Assembly: GCA_964541525.1 (NCBI GenBank)
Contig: CAZIQF010000001.1
Location: 90,553-154,552, forward strand
Length of the DNA stretch: 64,000 nt
Reading direction: 5' to 3'
Source: an uncultured Staphylococcaceae bacterium
Lineage (GTDB): Bacteria > Bacillota_I > Bacilli_A > ML615J-28 > CAG-313
Shown here: piece by piece, positions 1 through 9,891 of the stretch
Numbering within the stretch: the stretch's first letter is position 1
How the letters are laid out: each line of letters begins with the position of its first letter
The notes under the pieces: generated by a model
The model's database searches: none
What the model was told of the DNA's origin: nothing
What the model saw: only the letters and a program-made list of their open reading frames with translations
Made by a program: the position numbers and the translations under genes

Positions 1-21
1 ATTGATGATCTTAAACTTAAA

Positions 22-513
22 TTAATTATTTTGGTTATCTTTAACTAATTCTTCTACAATTTTTGAATCTTTAACAATCAAAATCTTGACAAAACCTTCT
101 TCAAAAGTTGGTGGGATTAATCTTTCACTATAAGAATAAACAACTTCTGGTGGTAAAGGTAACTCTCCTTCTATTTTATTTCTTTCAACTACACGTTTAT
201 AACATTCATTTTTATCAGTTTCAAAGAAATAAGCACAAACTTCAGGAGTAATTCCAAATTTTGATACCTCATCAATAAATCTTTTTCTAACCTTGGGTGT
301 AATACTAGTCGCATCAAAGATTAATTCAATGTTATTCTTCACGTTAATTGCCACTTGTTCATAAACTAACTTCCACACTAGAGTTTCATCAATTCCTGGA
401 TGACTTTTTCGAACACTATCGGTAGATACAATACAAGCATTAATCGTTGGAGCGAAACTTTTCGCAAAAGTTGTCTTTCCCGAGCCTTGAATCCCAATTA
501 ACATATGAATCAT
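22..513 (-). CDS. P-loop NTPase / predicted kinase (AAA_33/zeta-toxin-like fold)
   Basis: N-terminal Walker A 'GIQGSGKTT'. 163 aa. Last gene of a co-directional string after the ABC transporter genes. Confidence 0.5.
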   Translation of the reverse strand: MIHMLIGIQGSGKTTFAKSFAPTINACIVSTDSVRKSHPGIDETLVWKLVYEQVAINVKNNIELIFDATSITPKVRKRFIDEVSKFGITPEVCAYFFETDKNECYKRVVERNKIEGELPLPPEVVYSYSERLIPPTFEEGFVKILIVKDSKIVEELVKDNQNN

Positions 514-578
514 ATATCTTTCTCCATCTTTTTATAAATTTAATTATTAATCTAATTGTATCATATTTTGGCAAATTT

Positions 579-1403
579 TCATAATACTTTACTTAAAAAC
601 TCTTGTAATCTTGGCGTTTGTGGATGTTCAAAAATTGCTTCTGGTGTTCCTTGTTCAACAATTTTACCTTGATCCATAAATAAAATGCGATCTGCTATTT
701 CTTTAGCAAAATTCATTTCATGGGTAACAATCACCATTGTAATATTAGCTTGGGATACTTTTTTAATTAGTTCTAATACTTCTTTAACCATTTCAGGATC
801 TAATGCTGAAGTTGGTTCATCAAATAAAATGACTTTCGGATTCATCATTAAGGTTCTAACGATTGCAATTCGTTGTTTTTGCCCACCAGATAATTGCGAT
901 GGATAGTTATCTGCCACATTTATTAGGTTAATTTTATTTAAATATTCAATCGCCTCTGTTTTAATTTGGGCTTTCAGTTGTTTAATAGTTGTATTAATCA
1001 CTCGTTTTTGCTTTTTATTTTTTCTAAATAAATTAGTAAAACCTAAAAAGAAATTATATCGATAATCTTTTTTTAGTGCTTTAACCTTAAGATAGGTTGG
1101 GACATAAGTAATATTTTCTAAAACTGTTAGATGATTAAACAAATTAAAATGTTGGAACACCATCCCCATTTTTGTCCGTACTTCGTTAATATCTACTTTA
1201 AACGATGTAATATCTTGATTTTCAAAAATGATTTGACCACTTGTTGGATCAACAATACAATTCAAACATCTAAGTAAGGTGCTTTTACCTGATCCAGATG
1301 GACCGATAATACAAACTTTTTCACCAGCGTTAATCTTAACTGACACATTATCTAAAATCGTTATATTATCATATTTTTTGGTTAAATTAATGACGTCGAT
1401 CAC
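579..1403 (-). CDS. polar amino-acid ABC transporter ATP-binding protein (GlnQ/HisP-like) with internal ~30-aa basic insertion
   Basis: Walker A 'GPSGSGKST', signature 'LSGGQKQR', Walker B '[11 protein letters not shown]' and H-loop 'VTHEM'. Overlaps the upstream fused SBP-permease gene by 17 nt. Confidence 0.85.
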   Translation of the reverse strand: MIDVINLTKKYDNITILDNVSVKINAGEKVCIIGPSGSGKSTLLRCLNCIVDPTSGQIIFENQDITSFKVDINEVRTKMGMVFQHFNLFNHLTVLENITYVPTYLKVKALKKDYRYNFFLGFTNLFRKNKKQKRVINTTIKQLKAQIKTEAIEYLNKINLINVADNYPSQLSGGQKQRIAIVRTLMMNPKVILFDEPTSALDPEMVKEVLELIKKVSQANITMVIVTHEMNFAKEIADRILFMDQGKIVEQGTPEAIFEHPQTPRLQEFLSKVL

Positions 1404-2931
1404 TAGCGGCTAATCTCCTTTCTACTAATTTAATAATTATTGATATGATGATGACTAATACAATGTAAATTAATGCCATCACTAAGTATGGAATAATTAC
1501 GCTATAAGTATTAGTACCAATCGTATTGAATGCCGTATATAAGTCCACTACAGTAATGAAACTTACAACTGATGTTTCTTTTATAAGTGTAATTAATTCA
1601 TTACCAAGTGTTGGTAAAATATTTTTAATTGCTTGAGGAATAATAATTTTTACCATTGTAGCATGATAACTTAAGCCTAAAGCACGACCTGCTTCTAGTT
1701 GCCCGACATCCACTGCATTAATTCCACCACGCATAATTTCCGAAACATAGGCAGCACTATTTAAACCAAAGACAATAATCGCTACTAATAAAGATGAAAC
1801 ATTCGTAACATTTAAAAGCGGTAACAAAACATAATAAGCAAGTAATAATTGAACAACAATTGGTGTTCCTCTGAAAATAGCAACATAACAAGTGCCAATT
1901 TTATCGGCAATGCGAACCAATAATTTATATTTAGGTGCTACTTTAATTAAAGCAATGATTGTACCCAATATAATTCCAATCAATAATCCAATTATTGCAA
2001 TAACGATTGTATTTCTTAATCCGGTTAAAATTAATTTTTGGAAATTAGCTTGTGCCACACTATCAATAAAAATATCGATCCTCTTTTGTTCTTGATTGAG
2101 ACCATTCATCATGATTGCACCAGGTGCTTCATCAACAATGACACAATCAATAATTCCATTTTGTAAATCGGTTAACGCCAGTTGGGAAGTTTTATATCCA
2201 CTCTGTTTAACATTAGAAAAGCCATTAAATCCTAATGCTTGATCTCCTATTACATACCAATTAGCAGTTGTTCCAAATTGATAACCTACTTTTAAATCAT
2301 TTGTACTATTAATAACTATTTCTATTTCTTCTTTTGTTGAACATTGATCAAATAGCGGATTAGTTGCTTGAACAATTAATTTTTGTGATGCTTGATAATA
2401 AGGATTCGTAAAATCACATACTTGTTTTCTTTCACTCGTAGCTGTCATTCCCGCCATTCCCATATCCGAAAAGCCAGCATTGACATCACTTAAAATTGCA
2501 TCAAAATCAATATTTTTAATTATTAATTCTAGTTCATACTTTTTAGCAAATCTCGCTGCAATTTCAATATCAATTCCATAAGCTTTCCCACCATCAATAT
2601 ATTCAAATGGTTCAAATGGACAATTCGTTGCAATAACAAAATTATCATCTGTATTGGTAACACTCCCTCTAGATAAAGGGTATCCATTTAACTCTTGATT
2701 TGATGAGAAATACATTTCAATAATCTCAGTTAATTCACCATTTAAAGTAATTTGATCTAAGAATGAGTTAAACTGATTTGTTAATTCGGTATTCCCTTTT
2801 TTTACAGCAAAAGCATATTCTTCATTAGTTAAATCAATATCAACCATTTTCAGTTGATGATTAGTTTTACTACATGAGCTTAAACTAATCATACTAATGA
2901 TAATTAATAAATAAACTAATATTTTTTTCAT
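1387..2931 (-). CDS. fused amino-acid ABC transporter substrate-binding lipoprotein + permease (His/Gln/Arg family)
   Basis: Signal peptide with lipobox 'LSSCS'. SBP_bac_3-like N-terminal half and permease C-terminal half with EAA-like 'EAGRALGLS' motif. 514 aa. Confidence 0.8.
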   Translation of the reverse strand: MKKILVYLLIIISMISLSSCSKTNHQLKMVDIDLTNEEYAFAVKKGNTELTNQFNSFLDQITLNGELTEIIEMYFSSNQELNGYPLSRGSVTNTDDNFVIATNCPFEPFEYIDGGKAYGIDIEIAARFAKKYELELIIKNIDFDAILSDVNAGFSDMGMAGMTATSERKQVCDFTNPYYQASQKLIVQATNPLFDQCSTKEEIEIVINSTNDLKVGYQFGTTANWYVIGDQALGFNGFSNVKQSGYKTSQLALTDLQNGIIDCVIVDEAPGAIMMNGLNQEQKRIDIFIDSVAQANFQKLILTGLRNTIVIAIIGLLIGIILGTIIALIKVAPKYKLLVRIADKIGTCYVAIFRGTPIVVQLLLAYYVLLPLLNVTNVSSLLVAIIVFGLNSAAYVSEIMRGGINAVDVGQLEAGRALGLSYHATMVKIIIPQAIKNILPTLGNELITLIKETSVVSFITVVDLYTAFNTIGTNTYSVIIPYLVMALIYIVLVIIISIIIKLVERRLAASDRRH

Positions 2932-2940
2932 ATTATCTCC

Positions 2941-2985
2941 TTAAAAAAACATCTAGAAAAGTAATACTATTCTAGATGTTAAAGA
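2941..2985 (-). terminator. perfect 11-bp hairpin + U7 directly abutting the RBS of the 1387..2931 gene (terminator/attenuator)
   Basis: Minus strand reads AACATCTAGAA-loop-TTCTAGATGTT followed by TTTTTTT, then AAGGAG and ATG at 2931. It lies 150 nt downstream of the metQ stop. Confidence 0.45.
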
Positions 2986-3137
2986 ATCTTCTTTATTACA
3001 ACTAGCTTATAATTATGTTAACTAATTCAAACTAATTGCATAATTATAATCAAGGATTACTCCTATCTTTTTTTAATTTTTATTACAATACCATTATAGC
3101 TTTTTTTGATAAAATATTATAGCAAAATGCAATTTTT

Positions 3138-3947
3138 TTAGAATGGAATTACTGTTCCTTGATAATTATCATTAATATATTGTCTAATACTATCTTGAGA
3201 TAATGCTTCAATTAATACTTTAATTGCTTCAGCTTCTTCATTACCTTCTTTTACAGCAATGATATTACCATAAGTAGTAGCAGCAACACTTTCTTTATCT
3301 TCTTGAGCAAGTAATTTATCATGTGCAATCTTTGCACTTTCAGCATAGTTACCATTAATTACTGCAATTTCTACTTCTGATAATTGAGCTGGAATACTAG
3401 CGGCTTCAAATGGAATAATTTCAAGGTTTAACGGATTTGATGTAATATCATTAATATCAATTTCAAGTCCTTTACTTTCATTAACACTAATTAAACCTTT
3501 GGCAGCAAGTAATAAAAGAGCTCTAGCACGATTAGTTGCATCGTTAGGAATTGCAACTTTGGCACCACTTTGTAAATTGTCTAATGAACTTGCTTTTCCA
3601 GCATAAATTCCTAGTGGTTCATAATGCACTTGTAATACACTAACTAAATGCGTATTATTTTGTTTATTGAAGTTATCTAAATATGGTTTGTGTTGGAAAA
3701 AGTTAGCATCTAATTCACCATCTTCTAAGGCAATATTAGGAACTACATAATCATCATAAATTTTAATTTCTAATTCATAGCCTTTTGATTCAATATAACT
3801 TCTTGCTTCTTCTAAGATTTTTGCATGAGGATTAGCTGAAGCACCAACGATGATTTTTTTATCATCAATCTTATTTTTAGCACAACTAGTAAGTACTAAT
3901 GAAACAATACAAATTGTAATAAATAATAAACTTTTAATTTTTTTCAT
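3138..3947 (-). CDS. metQ: methionine ABC transporter substrate-binding lipoprotein (MetQ/NlpA family)
   Basis: NlpA-family composition. Lipoprotein signal 'MKKIKSLLFITICIVSLVLTSC'. ORF track start at 3995 is probably an N-terminal over-extension; the internal ATG at 3947 is preferred. Confidence 0.8.
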   Translation of the reverse strand: MKKIKSLLFITICIVSLVLTSCAKNKIDDKKIIVGASANPHAKILEEARSYIESKGYELEIKIYDDYVVPNIALEDGELDANFFQHKPYLDNFNKQNNTHLVSVLQVHYEPLGIYAGKASSLDNLQSGAKVAIPNDATNRARALLLLAAKGLISVNESKGLEIDINDITSNPLNLEIIPFEAASIPAQLSEVEIAVINGNYAESAKIAHDKLLAQEDKESVAATTYGNIIAVKEGNEEAEAIKVLIEALSQDSIRQYINDNYQGTVIPF

Positions 3948-3951
3948 AATC

Positions 3952-4626
3952 TTAATTTCCTTTTCTTTTATCAATTTTTTTGGCCAAATAATCAAAACAA
4001 GTTTGAATTACTTGAACGACAATAATTAGAACGATTAATACAATTATCATAACATCTGTTCTAAAGTTATAATGACCTTGATACACTGCTGTGTATCCAA
4101 GTCCTCCCCCACCAACAGTTCCCGACATTGCTGAATAACCAACTAAAGTGATTAATGCAATCGAAACACCCCTAATTAGTGATGGTATACATTCTTTTAA
4201 GTATACCCGCATAATAATTTGTAAATTACTCGCCCCCATACAAACCGCTGCATCGATTACACCTTTAGGGATTTCTCTTAATGATTGTTCAACTAACCTT
4301 GCGATAAAAGGAGTTGAACCAATTACTAAAGGCACAATCATTCCTCTTACACCTAGCGATGTACCTACAATGATTTTAGTAAAAGGAATTAATAGTACTA
4401 GTAAAATCAAAAATGGAATTGATCTTCCTAAATTAACAATCACTGATAAGATTTTATGAATAATACCATTAGGGTGTAAACCATCTTTATCCGTAATGAC
4501 CATTAATACACCAATGGGAATCCCAAGCACATATGCACAGGCACAACTAATAAATGTCATTAAGAGTGTTTCAATTAAACTATCTAATAAATTTATACTA
4601 CTTAAAAGTGAAATTAATTCTTTCAT
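3952..4626 (-). CDS. metI: methionine ABC transporter permease
   Basis: Five-TM ABC permease, 224 aa. Tightly packed between metN and metQ. Confidence 0.85.
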   Translation of the reverse strand: MKELISLLSSINLLDSLIETLLMTFISCACAYVLGIPIGVLMVITDKDGLHPNGIIHKILSVIVNLGRSIPFLILLVLLIPFTKIIVGTSLGVRGMIVPLVIGSTPFIARLVEQSLREIPKGVIDAAVCMGASNLQIIMRVYLKECIPSLIRGVSIALITLVGYSAMSGTVGGGGLGYTAVYQGHYNFRTDVMIIVLIVLIIVVQVIQTCFDYLAKKIDKRKGN

Positions 4627-4627
4627 T

Positions 4628-5380
4628 TTAAATTTCTTCCTTTCCTAATAGTAATTTAGCAATTTCAGTTTGTGGATTATCCATTAAGTCTTTAACGGTA
4701 CTTACTTCTTTAATACATCCACCATCTAAGACCGCAACTTCATCACATAGTTTACTAACAACACTCATTTCATGGGTAATAATAATAATTGTGATTTTTA
4801 ATGCTTTTTTTATTTCTTTTAACAAATTAACAATTTGATTAGTTGTATATGGATCTAACGCTGATGTTGGTTCATCTAATAATAAAATTTTTGGATTAGT
4901 TGCAAGTGCTCTCGCAATTGCTACCCGTTGCATTTGTCCGCCTGATAACATTGAAGGATACGATAAAGCTTTATCACTTAGTCCAATTAATTCTAATAAT
5001 TTGATTACTGTACGATTTATTTCTTCTTTATCTACCTTATTAATTTTTAATGGAAAAGCAATATTATTATAAATATTCTCTTGCATCAATAGATTATATC
5101 CTTGAAAGACAACACCTAAATTTTTTCTAAAAGATCTTACTTCTTTCTTAGATAATTCACTCAGATTTAGATCATCGACATAAATATTACCACTAGTTGG
5201 TTTTTCCAATAATGTTAATAGTTTTAAGAGTGTCGTTTTACCAGCACCAGATAAGCCAATAATTCCAAAAATGGTATCATCTTTGATTTCTAAATTTAAG
5301 TTATCAATAACAACAAAATCTTCTTTGTTCTTTTTATCAGTTGATTTAAAGCTTTTTGATAGATTTGATATTCTTATCAT
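4628..5380 (-). CDS. metN: methionine ABC transporter ATP-binding protein (lacks C-terminal NIL domain)
   Basis: Walker A 'GLSGAGKTT', 'LSGGQMQR', '[11 protein letters not shown]'. 250 aa. Confidence 0.85.
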   Translation of the reverse strand: MIRISNLSKSFKSTDKKNKEDFVVIDNLNLEIKDDTIFGIIGLSGAGKTTLLKLLTLLEKPTSGNIYVDDLNLSELSKKEVRSFRKNLGVVFQGYNLLMQENIYNNIAFPLKINKVDKEEINRTVIKLLELIGLSDKALSYPSMLSGGQMQRVAIARALATNPKILLLDEPTSALDPYTTNQIVNLLKEIKKALKITIIIITHEMSVVSKLCDEVAVLDGGCIKEVSTVKDLMDNPQTEIAKLLLGKEEI

Positions 5381-5394
5381 TTAATCCCTCCTTA

Positions 5395-5700
5395 CAAATA
5401 AAAAAACTCATCCTTTATTAATAAAGGACGAGTCAAAATTCACCCGTGTTACCACCTTTGTTCACCTATTTCTTACGAAAATAAGCCTCATCAAGTTCAA
5501 TCCCTAAAGTTATTAAAAATATGTGGTATTATATTTTTCTTTAAGTTGTAAACTTTATCTCGATAACGGGAGAACCCGTAATAGCCTAAATATCGACTAT
5601 TCAACTCCAAGACCATGTTCAGTAACTCTTCTTTATCTTATTTCCACCAACAAAGACTCTCTATATAAGCACGAAATTACTTACTCTTCTTTTCAATGTT
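5395..5700 (-). promoter_or_regulatory. T-box-like leader (putative Met specifier AUG) with intrinsic terminator upstream of metNIQ
   Basis: Minus strand contains 'AAAGGUGGUAACACGGGUG', close to the T-box consensus AGGGUGGNACCGCG. This is followed by a 14-bp hairpin ACTCGTCCTTTATT/AATAAAGGATGAGT plus U7 (plus-strand 5397..5433) immediately before the RBS 'AAGGAGG' and the ATG. Upstream are 'AGAGAG' and 'GAACAUGGUC' (possible specifier loop, AUG at plus 5614..5616). Confidence 0.5.
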
Positions 5701-5814
5701 TTTAAATATACATCATCATTATATACCATTATAACGATTTTTTCATTGAAAATGCTTTATTTATTTTAAAATAAAATCATCTATTTCTTTCTAATAAACT
5801 TGTCAAAAGATTAG

Positions 5815-5856
5815 AAAAACTATCTCACATCATTTAGAAATGAGATAGTTTATTTT
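5815..5856 (-). terminator. intrinsic terminator downstream of the large lipoprotein gene
   Basis: Inverted repeat AAACTATCTCA...TGAGATAGTTT with flanking T-runs. Confidence 0.5.
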
Positions 5857-5859
5857 TAA

Positions 5860-8800
5860 TTATCTAGTATAAGCACCATGAACAATACTTGAAAATGTAG
5901 CAGTTTTACTGACACCAGTTAAGTTATTAGTAACAGTTACTGTATAACTAACTGTTGTTGTTTGATTAGGCACTTGAATAATGCGACCATTATTATCTAG
6001 AATATCGGGATTATTAGACTCCATTGTAATTGTATAATTACTCATTTGTTGTAATAATTTATATTCAGCTTCAACTAATTCCATGAATTTATGCCATAAT
6101 TCACCATTGTTTTCTAATAATGTTTGTGGGCAACCTTTACCACTAAACATATGGTGACCAGTAACTCGTGATAAATCTAAATTATGAGTCTTTAGTAAGT
6201 TTGCAACTAGTTGGGCAGTCATATGATATGTTCGCCATAGATCACTACCTTCATCACAAGCAGATTCAATACCAATTGAATTTTGATTTCCACCATAGTT
6301 AGAAATATATTTATAATCAGAATTGTAATATAATTTTGCAATATAGTAATATCCATCTACAACTTTCCATGCTGGTCCAAACCAAGTAAAGCGAGTTGAT
6401 GTATAGCCACTTGGTAAAGCAATATTTGACTTAGTACCATTAATTGTCAAGTATCCACCAGATCGATCATATACCGGTTTAGTATTTGAAGTTGCTTTAA
6501 CACCTGAATTAGTCCAACCAACATCATTGAATCCATCACCGGCATGTGCTGCTCTGACATAATCATCTAGACTTTGGAAAACACCATCATTACCAGTTGA
6601 ATAATGCCAACATGTAGTATTTCCAACTCGATAATTGTTCTTTAATGATAATGCTGTACGATGACCATTAACACCTTTTTGTGGCATACCATTATAGTGA
6701 ACTGTAATAAACTCAATTTTTGACATATTCTTTCTGCCAGTTTCAGTAAGAACTTCTTGACTTAAACGTAATGTTTGATCAGCATAGAATTCATGATTAT
6801 AGTAAATATCTGATACCGAGCAGACAACATCAGTATAATAAGCACCAAATGCAACATTTAAATTTTTAACATAATAAACTTCTGAATTATGACTTTCAGC
6901 AATAATTTTAAAGAAATCCGATTCTGATAATGGAATAATCGTTACCCCATATGAAAGATTAACCATTTCATTACCTTCAGCGTATGCAATGATTTCTGCA
7001 TAACCAGTCTTAATACCAGTAACAACGCCATTTTCATCAACTGTTGCAATATCTGGATTATTTGATTTCCATAAAATTTTAGATGAAAGTTTATATAATG
7101 TAGCTTTAAGTGTAATTGTATTTTCTGGTTCAACATAGGATACAGTTTCATAACTACCATCAATAAATGGTGCCACAAATACTTCAATTGTTAGAGTAAC
7201 ATTTAAATCTGTATTGCCTAAAACTGTGATTGTAAGTTCTGCTACTCCTTCTGCAAGACCATAAATTAAGCCTTCTTCAGTAACAGTTAACACTGATGAA
7301 TTACTTGATTTAAATAATACTCGCTTATTAGTTGCATCACTTGGTCCAAGTGTCCATATTAATTGATGTGATGTAAATTTTGCAAGTTCACTAATTTCGT
7401 TGTTGACAGTAAAACTAGTTACTGGAGTAGATGCACTCCACATTGCAGTAAGTACTAAATCACCTTTCATATCAGCAGTAATCTTTTCAACTTTATCACC
7501 AGTTTGATTATACCAACCTAAGAATGTTCGACCATCATCAATAACAAGTTCTAATAAATCGAATTCATCACCTAAATTGTATGAATCTGGAAGCGGAATT
7601 GGTTTATTCAATTCATTATATACCATTGCTTTTCGTTCATCAGTCCAATATGATGCAAAGTTACCAGAAAAGAATTCGTAGAAACGTTTATGGGCAGTCC
7701 ATGATGATGTCCAAATTGATTGGGAACCATTAATGTTATTAACTGCTGCTTCAAAACCAATTAAAACCGGCATCCATGTATCGAAATTAGCCTTTGCATG
7801 GAAGAAGTAGTTATCATCTTTAGTATTTTGATCAGCACCTTGATTATATAATTTGTAAGTGGCAACTCCACCAGAGCTCCAACTATTAAGACATGCAGTC
7901 TTGAAAGTTGCTAAACTATCACTACTTCCACTCCATTTATGAAATTCCTCCCAGAAGTAATTGATGAATTCATCAACAGTTGCTGGTTTTTGTGTTGGAA
8001 GTTGTCCTTCCTCATAGACATAAGTAATTGTGAATGTTGATTTTTCTTGCCATTGAGCATACACTGTTACATCACCAGTTTGTGATTTACTGATTTTTGT
8101 AATATATGCTGCTGAAGTTTCTGCTAATGTCCAACCTAAAAAATCATAACCTACTCGTGTTGGAATTGGTAATACTAATTCAACACCTTCGGTATAAGTA
8201 AGTGGGGCATCTTCAGTTAAACTACCACCATTTAAACGATAATTAATTTCACTATTAACAGGAATTTTTTGCCAAATAGCATATAAAGTGCAATCAGTTG
8301 TAACACTAGCTGAAATACTAGTTACATAGGTTGAACTATTCATTGATAGCTTCCAGCCTAAAAATTCACAGCCATCTTTTTCTGGATTTACAAGTTCAAC
8401 ACCAACCCCTTCAATAAAACTTGTTGGAGCATCTTCTGGTAAAACACCACCATATAAAACATAACTAATTTTATGTTCTACAATGTCTTTTTCCCATTTT
8501 GCATATAAATCAAGGTTTCCTTTACTTCCTTGAGTTATTGATGTTACAACAACACCACTAAAATCTTCATTTAAATACCATCCTAAAAAGGTATACCCAT
8601 CTTTTGTTGGATTTTTTAATTCAATCGGCAAATTATTAATGTTATACCCATTTGGATTTTGACTATTTTGAATACCTTCATCTAAATGATATGTGATTAA
8701 ATAATCCGTTTCTTCTACTTTAATATTAAATTCATATTTTTTACTTTGATCATCTAAACTAAAGGTAACTTTTAATATAAAATCACCTGCTTTTAAAGCA

Positions 8801-9033
8801 TTAATCACACCATCGGTAACCGTAGCAACTTCAACGTTACTACTTTCCCAACTTGCAACTACGCCTTCTTGTTTTGTGTAATCAATTGTTAAGCTATCGC
8901 CCTTATACATTACTTCAGGAACATTATTAAAAGTAACTTCTTTTAATTCTACTTTGCCAGTTTTTTTACATGAAGTAACAACTATTAATAATAATGCGAT
9001 CGTTAACAATAATAATTTTTTGACATTATTCAT
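5860..9033 (-). CDS. large surface lipoprotein: Listeria-Bacteroides (Flg_new) repeats + Big_2 Ig-like domains + C-terminal N-acetylmuramoyl-L-alanine amidase (Amidase_2/PGRP) domain
   Basis: Lipobox 'VVTSC'. Four repeats of the 'P(T/E)KDGY(T/E)FLGW' type. Big_2-like segments. C-terminus carries 'EFITVHYNG', 'GIESACDEG', 'GHHMFSGKGCP', matching zinc-amidase_2 motifs. Confidence 0.75.
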   Translation of the reverse strand: MNNVKKLLLLTIALLLIVVTSCKKTGKVELKEVTFNNVPEVMYKGDSLTIDYTKQEGVVASWESSNVEVATVTDGVINALKAGDFILKVTFSLDDQSKKYEFNIKVEETDYLITYHLDEGIQNSQNPNGYNINNLPIELKNPTKDGYTFLGWYLNEDFSGVVVTSITQGSKGNLDLYAKWEKDIVEHKISYVLYGGVLPEDAPTSFIEGVGVELVNPEKDGCEFLGWKLSMNSSTYVTSISASVTTDCTLYAIWQKIPVNSEINYRLNGGSLTEDAPLTYTEGVELVLPIPTRVGYDFLGWTLAETSAAYITKISKSQTGDVTVYAQWQEKSTFTITYVYEEGQLPTQKPATVDEFINYFWEEFHKWSGSSDSLATFKTACLNSWSSGGVATYKLYNQGADQNTKDDNYFFHAKANFDTWMPVLIGFEAAVNNINGSQSIWTSSWTAHKRFYEFFSGNFASYWTDERKAMVYNELNKPIPLPDSYNLGDEFDLLELVIDDGRTFLGWYNQTGDKVEKITADMKGDLVLTAMWSASTPVTSFTVNNEISELAKFTSHQLIWTLGPSDATNKRVLFKSSNSSVLTVTEEGLIYGLAEGVAELTITVLGNTDLNVTLTIEVFVAPFIDGSYETVSYVEPENTITLKATLYKLSSKILWKSNNPDIATVDENGVVTGIKTGYAEIIAYAEGNEMVNLSYGVTIIPLSESDFFKIIAESHNSEVYYVKNLNVAFGAYYTDVVCSVSDIYYNHEFYADQTLRLSQEVLTETGRKNMSKIEFITVHYNGMPQKGVNGHRTALSLKNNYRVGNTTCWHYSTGNDGVFQSLDDYVRAAHAGDGFNDVGWTNSGVKATSNTKPVYDRSGGYLTINGTKSNIALPSGYTSTRFTWFGPAWKVVDGYYYIAKLYYNSDYKYISNYGGNQNSIGIESACDEGSDLWRTYHMTAQLVANLLKTHNLDLSRVTGHHMFSGKGCPQTLLENNGELWHKFMELVEAEYKLLQQMSNYTITMESNNPDILDNNGRIIQVPNQTTTVSYTVTVTNNLTGVSKTATFSSIVHGAYTR

Positions 9034-9149
9034 TTTATGTTCTCCTTTTTCGTTTCTATTATATCATAAATTTATATTTTAAGCAAACGTTTTCACTATA
9101 TTAAAATTTAAAAAGTTATTACAATTTTTACCATAAGCTATTTTTTCTT

Positions 9150-9183
9150 AAAAAAACAAAAACAGGAACAATGTCCTGTTAAT
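9150..9183 (-). terminator. intrinsic terminator after the 9186..9737 gene
   Basis: AACAGGA-loop-TCCTGTT followed by TTTGTTTTTTT on the minus strand. Confidence 0.5.
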
Positions 9184-9185
9184 TA

Positions 9186-9737
9186 TTACCATTCTTTTTT
9201 GAATTGTTCCCAAGTACTTGGAGCATAGTCATAACCTGATTCAAAGAAACATCTTAAAATGTAGTATTCATTTTCATCCATTTCTTTATCACCAGCAAGA
9301 GCAAGATAGCAGAATCCTTGAACCATAGCTTCGTAATTTTCTGGATCAATACCTTCTCTTAAATCGATTAGGACTTTGATATCATCAACTAAATCATCAA
9401 CTGATAAACGATTATATAGTGCTCTTGAATCAGCAACTGATAATGGTTGGAATCCAGCCCAATTACAATATTTACAATATGCGTCATATTCACCTTGTAA
9501 GAAATCACCATCACTTAGCATTAAAAATACAAAAATGTGTTGATAAATAACAAATACTTCTTCATTATAAGATTTACCGTTTCTTGAACAATAATCTTTA
9601 AAAATCTTTTCATATTCAACAAATGAATGAGAAATTAAATTTTTAATTTTAACTTCGTATTCATCATGTGAAACTTCTTGTCTTCTGCTCCATGCTTTGT
9701 TCATTAATTCAATCATATTGATTCTTGATTTTCCCAT
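9186..9737 (-). CDS. hypothetical cytoplasmic protein, Cys/aromatic-rich
   Basis: 183-aa ORF with no recognisable motif. True start may be the internal 'MIELMNKAW'. Confidence 0.4.
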   Translation of the reverse strand: MGKSRINMIELMNKAWSRRQEVSHDEYEVKIKNLISHSFVEYEKIFKDYCSRNGKSYNEEVFVIYQHIFVFLMLSDGDFLQGEYDAYCKYCNWAGFQPLSVADSRALYNRLSVDDLVDDIKVLIDLREGIDPENYEAMVQGFCYLALAGDKEMDENEYYILRCFFESGYDYAPSTWEQFKKEW

Positions 9738-9891
9738 TTTTAAATACCTCTTTCCATCCTGAATATTTGTATATTACAAATATCTTACTTTCATTATATC
9801 AATTTCTCTTATTAATTTCAATGAATTTATTAATAAATATGGTAAAAGGCAAATTAAATATCCAATTTAACTTGCCTTTTATCTTTTACAA

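Noticed and set aside
685-906. Plus-strand ORFs lying inside minus-strand genes (685..906, 1892..2095, 4148..4459, 10334..10555, 10786..11037, 11617..11961, 13436..13747, 16451..16633, 17669..17887, 38074..38280, 38668..38862, 39124..39339, 40042..40387, 42161..42397, 44340..44642, 44827..45030, 46337..46561, 54201..54416, 60834..61031 and others)
   Set aside because: Each lies antisense to a well-supported gene. The sequences are low-complexity or Ile/Leu/Phe-rich, typical of AT-rich antisense frames. None has an RBS.
5523-5705. 60-aa plus-strand ORF in the metN upstream region
   Set aside because: It sits inside the T-box-like leader on the opposite strand and has no RBS.
6942-7187. Same-strand alternative-frame ORFs nested in long genes (6942..7187 in the big lipoprotein gene, 14902..15108 in the APH-like kinase gene, 17784..18050 in adhE)
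   Set aside because: These are alternative frames within strongly supported coding regions.
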